A program made the position numbers and the translations under genes. A stretch of DNA of 64,000 nt. Origin: an uncultured Candidatus Saccharibacteria bacterium (GTDB taxonomy: Bacteria > Patescibacteriota > Saccharimonadia > Saccharimonadales > Saccharimonadaceae). Location: positions 20,289-84,288 of the forward strand of contig CAURDO010000005.1 in assembly GCA_963524145.1 (NCBI GenBank), given 5' to 3'. Under the pieces are notes generated by a model that worked only from the letters and a program-made list of their open reading frames with translations, ran no database searches and was not told the origin of the DNA. Below, one piece after another: positions 1-7,545 of the stretch; position 1 is the stretch's first letter; each line of letters opens with the position of its first letter.

Positions 1-2
1 CT

Positions 3-974
3 CATCTGTTAAGCACTAAGGCTGACGGTATGATAACTGTTGGTACGGTTAATAATGAAGTTACGACTGACGATGTATTGCGCTTAGAGGAAGTGGCTAC
101 AACCGGTAAGGTGCCACAGAATCGAGATATTTTGGAGATTGTCGCACATGCTTATCGGTTGGATGGTCAGGATAATATTAAGGATCCGGTTGGTATGACT
201 GGCGCACGATTGGAGATAAGGGCTAATGTTGTGTCTGGTCTGGTGCCGCATATTACTAATCTACAGAAATCAGCGGAAATGGCAAAAGTTGATTCGGCGT
301 CTGTTGTTCCATCGGTATTGGCAGCGGCTCAAGCAGTATTGACAGAAAACCAGCGCGAAAATGGCGTGGCGGTTATCGACTTTGGGGCATCAACAACGGG
401 TATTGCGGTGTATGAAGAGGGGGATTTACAGCATTTAGCGGTGATTCCAGTTGGCGGGCAAAACGTAACGAATGATTTGGCTATCGGACTAAGAACCGAT
501 CCAGAGGTGGCGGAGATTGTGAAGCTGGCGCATGCGCGATTCGGCGGAAAAGATCTAGGCGAAGTTGAAACTAAGGTTGAGAAGCAAACGTACAGATTTA
601 AGCAAGATGATATTGATGAAATTGTACAGGCGCGTTATGAAGAGATTTTTGAAGCCATTGCTAAGGAGCTTAAAAAGGTGGGGAGATTAGGTAAGTTGCC
701 AAGCGGTGTTGTGTTGGTTGGTGGTGCTGCAAAGGTTAAGGGGTTAGTAGAATTTACTAAAGACCAACTAAACGTGGCGGCTCGTCTTGGCCAACCAACA
801 GGGTATAGTGGCATCAGCGACGAGATAAAAGGAGCGGAGTTTTCAGCGGCAGTTGGCCTAATGTTGATTGATGCTATGGGTGCACCTCAGCACATTAAGT
901 CGTCCGCGGCAGCGCGTGATGTCACCAAAAAAGCGAGTGGTTTTTTGAAGAATATTTTTGCTAGATTCAAATAA
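3..974 (+). CDS. ftsA: Cell division protein FtsA, 5'-truncated at the window edge (frame open back to nt 3)
   Basis: Actin-like ATPase blocks (VIDFGASTTGIAVY, IPVGGQNVTNDLA, VLVGGAAKVKG). Sits immediately upstream of ftsZ. No in-frame stop between nt 3 and the first listed ATG at 30. Confidence 0.9.
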   Translation, partial: HLLSTKADGMITVGTVNNEVTTDDVLRLEEVATTGKVPQNRDILEIVAHAYRLDGQDNIKDPVGMTGARLEIRANVVSGLVPHITNLQKSAEMAKVDSASVVPSVLAAAQAVLTENQRENGVAVIDFGASTTGIAVYEEGDLQHLAVIPVGGQNVTNDLAIGLRTDPEVAEIVKLAHARFGGKDLGEVETKVEKQTYRFKQDDIDEIVQARYEEIFEAIAKELKKVGRLGKLPSGVVLVGGAAKVKGLVEFTKDQLNVAARLGQPTGYSGISDEIKGAEFSAAVGLMLIDAMGAPQHIKSSAAARDVTKKASGFLKNIFARFK

Positions 975-1011
975 ATGTTATACTGAGTGTAAGGATTAAG
1001 AGAGGGAATAT

Positions 1012-2205
1012 ATGCCGCAAATACAACCAAGTGAAGTTCAAACATTTGCCAGTATAAAAGTTGTTGGTGTTGGTGGTGCTGGTGGTTCAGCTATCAATCG
1101 AATGAAAGATGCGGGTCTAACTGGTGTGCAATTTATTGCGATGAATACCGATGCCCAGGCGTTACATAACTCGAAGGCTGACATCAAGATTCACCTTGGT
1201 CACGATACAACTAATGGTCTAGGGGCTGGTGCAGATCCGACAGTTGGTGAGGCAGCGGCTAATGAATCGCGTGAAGAGATTAAGAAGTCTCTAGAAGGTG
1301 CTGATATGGTATTCGTGACGATTGGTGCTGGTGGCGGTACTGGTTCTGGAGCTGGTTATGTCGTGGCGGAAGTGGCCCGTGAGATGGGAGTTTTGGTGGT
1401 TGGCGTAGCAACGCGGCCGTTTAGTTTTGAGGGTGAGAAGCGGCGAATCAATGCTGATTGGGCAATTTCTCATTTGGGTCGTGAAGTCGATACTTTGATT
1501 ACTATTCCAAACGATAGGTTATTGCAGACGATTGATCGCCGGACGCCACTACTGGAGACATTTAAGATTGCCGACGATGTATTGCGCCAGGGCGTGCAAG
1601 GTATTTCTGAGCTGATTACTGAACACGGCTTAATTAATCTGGACTTCGCTGACGTGAAAGCAATTATGAGCAACGCCGGCTCGGCTTTAATGGGTATCGG
1701 ACGAGCAAGTGGTGATGATAGGGCGGTTCAGGCGGCACAACAGGCGATCGAAAGCCCACTAATTGAAGTATCAATTGATGGCGCAAAGGGTGTGCTATTT
1801 AATGTCACTGGCGGCTACGATATGAGTATGGCAGAAATTCAGGAAGCGGCAGAAATTATCACTAGTGCTGTCAGCCCGAACGCCAACATTATCTTTGGTG
1901 CGACATTGAAGCCAGAGATGGAAGATGAGTTGGTGATTACAGTAATTGCAACGGGATTTGATAGCGATACTTTTCATCAACAGGACGTTAGCTTGACCGT
2001 AGGCGCGCCGCAATCTTCAGTTGAGGCGGAAGTTGATGATGAGATGGTGAAGAACATCGATTTGGAGCTGGACAAGGAAGAGGCAGCTGAGAAATTTGCA
2101 GCTGAGCCAGAAACCAATATGTGGGATAATCCAACCGTTGAAGCTGACGATGAAGAGGATGATACGCCAGCCTTTCTACGACGGCGAAAGAAGAATAAGG
2201 AGTAG
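1012..2205 (+). CDS. ftsZ: Cell division GTPase FtsZ
   Basis: Tubulin signature GGGTGSGA, NTDAQAL, and the conserved C-terminal peptide DDTPAFLRRR. SD-like gagggaa lies upstream. Confidence 0.97.
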   Translation: MPQIQPSEVQTFASIKVVGVGGAGGSAINRMKDAGLTGVQFIAMNTDAQALHNSKADIKIHLGHDTTNGLGAGADPTVGEAAANESREEIKKSLEGADMVFVTIGAGGGTGSGAGYVVAEVAREMGVLVVGVATRPFSFEGEKRRINADWAISHLGREVDTLITIPNDRLLQTIDRRTPLLETFKIADDVLRQGVQGISELITEHGLINLDFADVKAIMSNAGSALMGIGRASGDDRAVQAAQQAIESPLIEVSIDGAKGVLFNVTGGYDMSMAEIQEAAEIITSAVSPNANIIFGATLKPEMEDELVITVIATGFDSDTFHQQDVSLTVGAPQSSVEAEVDDEMVKNIDLELDKEEAAEKFAAEPETNMWDNPTVEADDEEDDTPAFLRRRKKNKE

Positions 2206-2209
2206 AAAA

Positions 2210-2662
2210 ATGGTATTTAATATTGGCAATAGTCGCGTTATTGAGTCGCGTGAAGTTTCTGATGGTGCGGCAATTCGTCGTCGCCGCGAAACGCCAGATG
2301 GCAAGCGATTCACGACGTATGAGCGAGTCGAGAAGCCTAATCTTGCGGTCATTAAGAAGAATGGCGATCGTGAATTATTTGATCGGGTAAAATTATCAAA
2401 TTCAACGCGTCGTTCAGTTGGTAAGTTTTTCAAGTCTGATGAGGAAGTTGATAATATTATTACGGCGGTTGAAGACGCGCTGTATGCTCTGGGAGAGTCG
2501 GAGGTAACCTCGAAGCAAATTGGTGACCAAGTATTAGACGAGCTTGCAAAGCGCAATGAAGTCGCCTATATCCGATTTGCAAGTGTTTTTTATGATTTTA
2601 AGACATTGGATGATTTTGTGAGAATCTTAGCAAAACGCCGTAACAAAGATGAGGCTATGTGA
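2210..2662 (+). CDS. nrdR: NrdR-like transcriptional repressor with an ATP-cone; the N-terminal zinc ribbon has no cysteines
   Basis: IRRRRE..KRFTTYERVE and the ATP-cone end VAYIRFASVFYDF match NrdR. The ATG at 2210 is preceded by aggag (2198-2202). The listed ORF start at 2096 overlaps ftsZ and is rejected. Confidence 0.8.
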   Translation: MVFNIGNSRVIESREVSDGAAIRRRRETPDGKRFTTYERVEKPNLAVIKKNGDRELFDRVKLSNSTRRSVGKFFKSDEEVDNIITAVEDALYALGESEVTSKQIGDQVLDELAKRNEVAYIRFASVFYDFKTLDDFVRILAKRRNKDEAM

Positions 2663-2922
2663 TGCGAGTAGTTGTTGTTTATCGTCCAGAAAGCGACCAT
2701 GCGCGCGCAGTGACGGATTTTTTGCGTGATTTCAGCCGACAAACTGGTCGGGTTCTGGAGGAGATGAATCCTGACTCTGCGGCGGGAAATAGTTTTTGTG
2801 AAGTTTATGACATTGTAGAATATCCGACGATTATTGCTTTAAGCGATGGCGGACAAATGCAAAGTATGTGGCGTGGACTGCCTCTACCAACTATTGGTGA
2901 AGTGAGTTTTTATGTTCAGTAA
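2659..2922 (+). CDS. Small thioredoxin-fold-like protein without a CXXC motif (hypothetical)
   Basis: 87 aa. Beta1 VVVVY, then ESDH where a CXXC would sit, and a cis-Pro-like YPTI. Start overlaps the nrdR stop (GTGATG). Overlaps the VKOR gene by 11 nt. Confidence 0.5.
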   Translation: MMRVVVVYRPESDHARAVTDFLRDFSRQTGRVLEEMNPDSAAGNSFCEVYDIVEYPTIIALSDGGQMQSMWRGLPLPTIGEVSFYVQ

Positions 2923-3520
2923 AATTAAAGCACGACTTTTTCATAAGGACTTAAGGAAGCAGTATTCGGCAGGATTGTCGTTACTTATTGGTAGCACGCT
3001 CGGGCTTTTGGCGTCGTTTGTTTTATCGATCGAATCACTTGTGCTAGCGAAAAATTCACAAGCCGTTCTAAGTTGTGACTTAAACTCAGCTTTAAGTTGT
3101 TCGGCAGTGGCTCATCACTGGTCAGCGGCGATTTTTGGGTTTCCTAATAGTTTCATCGGCATGCTAACTCTGCCGGTAATAGTAACAATTGCAGTGGCAC
3201 TGCTAGCTGGTGCAAGGTTTCCGAAATGGTTTATGCAGGCAGCACAGTTGGGTGCGGTGGCTGGTTTGTTATTTGCTGGATGGATGTTCTATATGAGTTA
3301 TGTTGAGATTGGTGCGTTATGCCCGTGGTGTTTGACTTTGGATGTGGGTATGTTGCTGATAATATTTGGGTTAACGCGCTATAACATTTTACTAAAAAAT
3401 ATATCTTGGCGAGGCGCGAGGCGATTTGTTGACGGTGGATATGATGTGTTTGTTACGGCGTCGCTCGTTGTTGTGGTGATTGTGGCGATAATTGCCAAAT
3501 TCGGTGAGCAATTGTTCTAA
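2912..3520 (+). CDS. Vitamin K epoxide reductase (VKOR) family membrane protein (DsbB-like function)
   Basis: Multi-pass membrane protein with a loop cysteine pair (SCDLNSALSC) and an in-membrane CPWC redox motif. Confidence 0.8.
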   Translation: MFSKIKARLFHKDLRKQYSAGLSLLIGSTLGLLASFVLSIESLVLAKNSQAVLSCDLNSALSCSAVAHHWSAAIFGFPNSFIGMLTLPVIVTIAVALLAGARFPKWFMQAAQLGAVAGLLFAGWMFYMSYVEIGALCPWCLTLDVGMLLIIFGLTRYNILLKNISWRGARRFVDGGYDVFVTASLVVVVIVAIIAKFGEQLF

Positions 3521-3604
3521 AAAGCTATTGTTTTAAGTAAAAAGCTCATGGTATACTTGATAATGAGTAATTATGGGCCGGGGCTCAATTAAGAACAATA
3601 GAGC

Positions 3605-6034
3605 ATGATAAGAAATAGAAAGTCATTAGCAATTACGAAGAAACACCGAATGGGATATTGTTTTGCCTTTGGTGGCATTATTGCTGTTGGCACAGTTATG
3701 AGCTTTATTTTCATGACATCGCAGCAGAGCCATGCGACGATTCCAGCTGGTGGTAAACAGAATGAGATTGGACAAGTCTCGTATCGCTTTTATCAGCCGT
3801 CGAATTCAGCTAATCCGGGGGCGCCGCTAGCTAACGCCAACACTGAAGCTACATTGTCAAAGCCTGGTGCTGATTTTCGCTTACGGGTTGGCGTGCAGAA
3901 TAAAGGTCCGTTTACGAAAAGCCTAGCAGTAGGCAGCGAAGGACATAATCATAGTTGTGCTGTTTTGTCGGACGGTAAGGCTTATTGTTGGGGAGAGGGT
4001 GCTTGGGGTGCGCTTGGCACCAACTCGACTTCCGATTCGAGTACGCCGACGCCAGTTTATACTGGCGGTGATTTAAGCGGCAAAACCATTAAGCAGATTG
4101 CTACTGGAGATTGGCATTCTTGTGCTATTGCTTCTGACAACAGAGTGTATTGCTGGGGCTACGGAAATAATGGAGAGCTAGGAAATGGCTATGACGGCCA
4201 AGTCAATGCGCCATCAGCCGTTAATACTTCTGGGGTTATGTCAGGTAAAGATATTACACAAATTGCTATTGGGTTTAATCATAACTGTGCCCTTGACTCT
4301 AATGGGAGTATATATTGTTGGGGTCAGAATTCATATGGTGAGCTGGGTAATAACTCAACAACAAAATCGAGTGTGCCAGTAGCTACCTCTATGTCAGAGT
4401 TCGGCGGGAGAAAAGTTAAGCAGATTGTTGCAGGCTTCTTTTATACATGCGCTTTAACAACTGACGGCTCGGTATTTTGTTGGGGTACTACCGCAAATGG
4501 TCGGATCGGTACAGGTCAAACTGGCGGCTATTCTACGCGGCCGGTACAGATAAGTTTTGGCGGCAAGACGGTTGAGTCAATTTCTGGACATGCCACTCAC
4601 GCTTGTGCGGTAATTTCGGGCTCTCAAGAGCTGTATTGCTGGGGGAAAAATAATAGGGGACAGATTGGTAATGGATCAACCTCGGATAGCTATTCTCCTT
4701 CTTCTGCCTCTGTAAGTGGAATTCTTGGTGGCGGAAAGACTATTAAGCAAGTAAAAGCCAGCTACGAGCATACGTGTATTCTCATTAGTAACGGAGATGT
4801 TTATTGTTGGGGGGCTGGCGACAAGGGTCAACTGGGTAATGGTTCGACTTCTGACTCGACATCGCCAGTAAGAGTCAATATGCCGTCTATAACTGCTGAT
4901 AATACTATACTCGAGATATCTAATGGCAATAATTTCTCGTGCGCTTCAACAACTAGAGGATACGCTTATTGTTGGGGCGAGAATTGGCATTATCAGTTGG
5001 GCAATGGTTCGTCGTCTAATGCCCTAACGCCTACGTCTTTATCAACTCCAGGACGAATTATCGGAGATTCAGCTATTAAATTACGTGCCGAATATGCAAA
5101 AAAGGGTAGTGCGGTGACATGTTCAGCGGTTAATGGTGCAGCCTGGCAGGCAATTGATGGAACGACAAAACTTGGCTACGCCACGAGCGGTCCAGCCGAC
5201 GGCACGGCTATAACTAAGACCTCAGATAATCCGTCATTGCCGGAAGACGCTATTGGTACGCGGCCGCAGACGATTGTCAGAAAGAATGGCGGCTCTTCAA
5301 CAACTTTCGCAAACACCCAAGACATAGCTGCTGGCGAAGTGGGTCTTTGGGATTTGGCGCTGGTTGATAAGGGGCTTGATAGGAATGAAAATTATTGCGT
5401 GCGTTTGGTGACGGATACTACCGCTGCGCCAGGCACCAGTGTCGACGTGTACGCGGTGTACCCAGAGTTTAAAACCGCTCCTGGATCATTGGATCTTCGT
5501 TTCGCGAATAGTGCGGGATCGACGGTTATTAATCCGACCGCGAGGTTTGCTGATGCAACCACAAGCAGAAATAGTGTAACTACAAGTGCTTCTTTATCTG
5601 ATGCTAGTTCAAAGCAAATTGAAGTAGTTAATACGCAGACCGATGCTGGATGGAGTGTGGTATTATCAGCCTCTAATGGATCGACTGCTCGCTGGCGGCA
5701 GTCAGGTGGCACGAAGTCCTACATGTTTAATGGTAATAGTGACAGTCAGGGGTTCTTGTCTGTTAAGTTTGCGGCTGCCTCTGTCATCACGTCGGGTAAT
5801 TCATTGAGTGGGGCGTCGTGTAATACTAGTGGTGTACAAAAGGGTTCTGATTTGCAATTCCAAGCGGGAGGGGCAAACGCAAATAGTATTACGCTGATGA
5901 GTAGCAGTAGTTCAACCGGTCAGCTGGGCTGTGCATTTTTATTGCGTAATGTTAGGCTGAATCAGACTATTCCGGCATATCAGAGTCCTGGCGTGTATAA
6001 TTTACCGATGACATTAACGGTGACGGCGCAGTAG
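3605..6034 (+). CDS. Secreted or membrane-anchored surface protein: seven RCC1-type propeller blades plus a C-terminal WxL-like domain
   Basis: N-terminal hydrophobic segment. Seven repeats ending in the YCWG/FCWG motif, followed by G.N..G.LG (aa ~105-483, nt ~3917-5053). The C-terminal ~180 aa (nt ~5483-6031) align with the product of 6794-7423. Confidence 0.8.
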   Translation: MIRNRKSLAITKKHRMGYCFAFGGIIAVGTVMSFIFMTSQQSHATIPAGGKQNEIGQVSYRFYQPSNSANPGAPLANANTEATLSKPGADFRLRVGVQNKGPFTKSLAVGSEGHNHSCAVLSDGKAYCWGEGAWGALGTNSTSDSSTPTPVYTGGDLSGKTIKQIATGDWHSCAIASDNRVYCWGYGNNGELGNGYDGQVNAPSAVNTSGVMSGKDITQIAIGFNHNCALDSNGSIYCWGQNSYGELGNNSTTKSSVPVATSMSEFGGRKVKQIVAGFFYTCALTTDGSVFCWGTTANGRIGTGQTGGYSTRPVQISFGGKTVESISGHATHACAVISGSQELYCWGKNNRGQIGNGSTSDSYSPSSASVSGILGGGKTIKQVKASYEHTCILISNGDVYCWGAGDKGQLGNGSTSDSTSPVRVNMPSITADNTILEISNGNNFSCASTTRGYAYCWGENWHYQLGNGSSSNALTPTSLSTPGRIIGDSAIKLRAEYAKKGSAVTCSAVNGAAWQAIDGTTKLGYATSGPADGTAITKTSDNPSLPEDAIGTRPQTIVRKNGGSSTTFANTQDIAAGEVGLWDLALVDKGLDRNENYCVRLVTDTTAAPGTSVDVYAVYPEFKTAPGSLDLRFANSAGSTVINPTARFADATTSRNSVTTSASLSDASSKQIEVVNTQTDAGWSVVLSASNGSTARWRQSGGTKSYMFNGNSDSQGFLSVKFAAASVITSGNSLSGASCNTSGVQKGSDLQFQAGGANANSITLMSSSSSTGQLGCAFLLRNVRLNQTIPAYQSPGVYNLPMTLTVTAQ

Positions 6035-6039
6035 GGGGT

Positions 6040-6735
6040 ATGATGAGTAGAGTAAAAAAATTATTCACTACTATCATACTACTTGTTGCAATGAGTATTT
6101 CTTCACCGGTTTTTGCGACTGCAGATTCGACGTTGTCGCAGGTGATTAGGGATATTGATTGCACGCATACTACGCTTGAAAATGGTAATCAATTAAACCA
6201 TCCAGATTGTCAAATTTTTGCGCCAAAATTTATGAAACTTGATTTGGTAGATAAGAAACATCCAGTTTTATATGGCGTATATGATGCAGTTCATACAGTC
6301 ACTAACCCTATAACAGGCCAGCATGATCTAACGGTGGAGTTTAATGGGCGGACGTTTGTATTGGGGCGAGATAGTGAGCTTCGGGTGAATGGTAACGTTT
6401 GGACATTAGATTTTTCAAATTGGCAAATTGACCATCCGGGGGACAATTTTATGCCACTAACTCCAGGCCATACTTATAATGGGCGAGTTACGGCCAAAAT
6501 GAAAGCAAACCCCTTATCTCCAGAAGTAACCCAGTTTGCTGATTTTTCAGTCACTATTCCAAAGCAAACCATTAAAGAGATTCTCGCCGTTCCACACATG
6601 CTTAAGAGAGCTGGCCGAGCTTTAGCGAGTACGGGCGTTAGTATGTGGCTGATGATTGTCGTTAGTACCGCCGCAATTTTTGTAGCATCCATTCTGTTGT
6701 TGATTCGTAAAAAAGAAAAGGAGCGGGATGGATGA
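6040..6735 (+). CDS. Surface protein with a signal peptide and a C-terminal LAXTG-type sortase sorting signal
   Basis: Signal peptide ...SSPVFA/TAD. LASTG (nt 6622-6636) is followed by a ~23-aa hydrophobic stretch and an RKKEKERDG tail. SD gggggt lies upstream. Confidence 0.65.
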   Translation: MMSRVKKLFTTIILLVAMSISSPVFATADSTLSQVIRDIDCTHTTLENGNQLNHPDCQIFAPKFMKLDLVDKKHPVLYGVYDAVHTVTNPITGQHDLTVEFNGRTFVLGRDSELRVNGNVWTLDFSNWQIDHPGDNFMPLTPGHTYNGRVTAKMKANPLSPEVTQFADFSVTIPKQTIKEILAVPHMLKRAGRALASTGVSMWLMIVVSTAAIFVASILLLIRKKEKERDG

Positions 6736-6793
6736 AGAAATAAGCGTAATAATTTACGATAAACAAATTAAATCCACACAACAAGGAGGGAAA

Positions 6794-7423
6794 ATGAAGA
6801 AATTAAAATTATTGGCAGCTGTCGGATTTGGAGCAGTTAGCTTTGCCGGATTGGCTGGCTCTGCTGTTTATGCGGCAACCACTGCTAATTCTACGCTAAC
6901 TCAAACAATTAATGCCGGTGCATTGAGTACTGATATCCGTGATTCAAGCAATGCGGTTGTCAGTAATCCGACATTTGCGATGGGTGCCGTAACTTTGTCT
7001 ACGTCAGCTCAGACCTCAACAGGTACGTTTGGTGAAAATGACAAGCGTATTTCTGTTGATAACCCTGGCGGTGCTAATAATGGTTGGACGCTGACTCTAA
7101 ACGCAACCACCCCAGGTACTGGCACGTGGGCAGACGGTGGTAAAAACTACAAATATAATGGCACCGCCACTGACGGTCGTCTGACTGTTGATCCGTCAAC
7201 TGGCACAGTTACTCCAGTGATTGGTACAGCTACTGGTATTACTAAAGGTAGTTCAATGGCGTTTTCTGGTAGCAACCCAGTTACGTTAATGAGTGCTTCG
7301 GCGGGCGCTGATGCTGTCTGGAATGGCTACATCACAGGTGTTAGCTTGAAGCAGGACATTCCAGCTGGTCAGCAAGCAGGTACATACACCCTGCCAATGA
7401 CACAGACTGTTGCCGCTATCTAA
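6794..7423 (+). CDS. Secreted WxL-like domain protein
   Basis: ATG 6794 is preceded by aaggaggg. Signal peptide ...AGSAVYA/ATT. Contains GWTLTL (a W-x-L motif). The C-terminal block IPAGQQAGTYTLPMTQTVAAI is paralogous to the C-terminus of the 3605-6034 product. Confidence 0.6.
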   Translation: MKKLKLLAAVGFGAVSFAGLAGSAVYAATTANSTLTQTINAGALSTDIRDSSNAVVSNPTFAMGAVTLSTSAQTSTGTFGENDKRISVDNPGGANNGWTLTLNATTPGTGTWADGGKNYKYNGTATDGRLTVDPSTGTVTPVIGTATGITKGSSMAFSGSNPVTLMSASAGADAVWNGYITGVSLKQDIPAGQQAGTYTLPMTQTVAAI

Positions 7424-7443
7424 GTAGCTAAGTCACTAATAAA

Positions 7444-7474
7444 AAACGGGCACCTTTATGGATGTCCGTTTTTA
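7444..7474 (+). terminator. Rho-independent terminator after the WxL-like gene
   Basis: acgggca (7446-7452) / tgtccgt (7463-7469, one G-U pair), flanked by an A-run and tttt. Confidence 0.65.
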
Positions 7475-7545
7475 ATTTGCTTAAGTAGTAGTCATAAGCA
7501 TATTCTCTTGGTATAATAGGTAGTATAGTTTTGACAAGGAGGGTT

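Noticed and set aside
2096-2209. N-terminal extension of the nrdR ORF overlapping ftsZ.
   Set aside because: An AGGAG sits right before the ATG at 2210. The extension overlaps the conserved FtsZ C-terminus and adds no CxxC motif.
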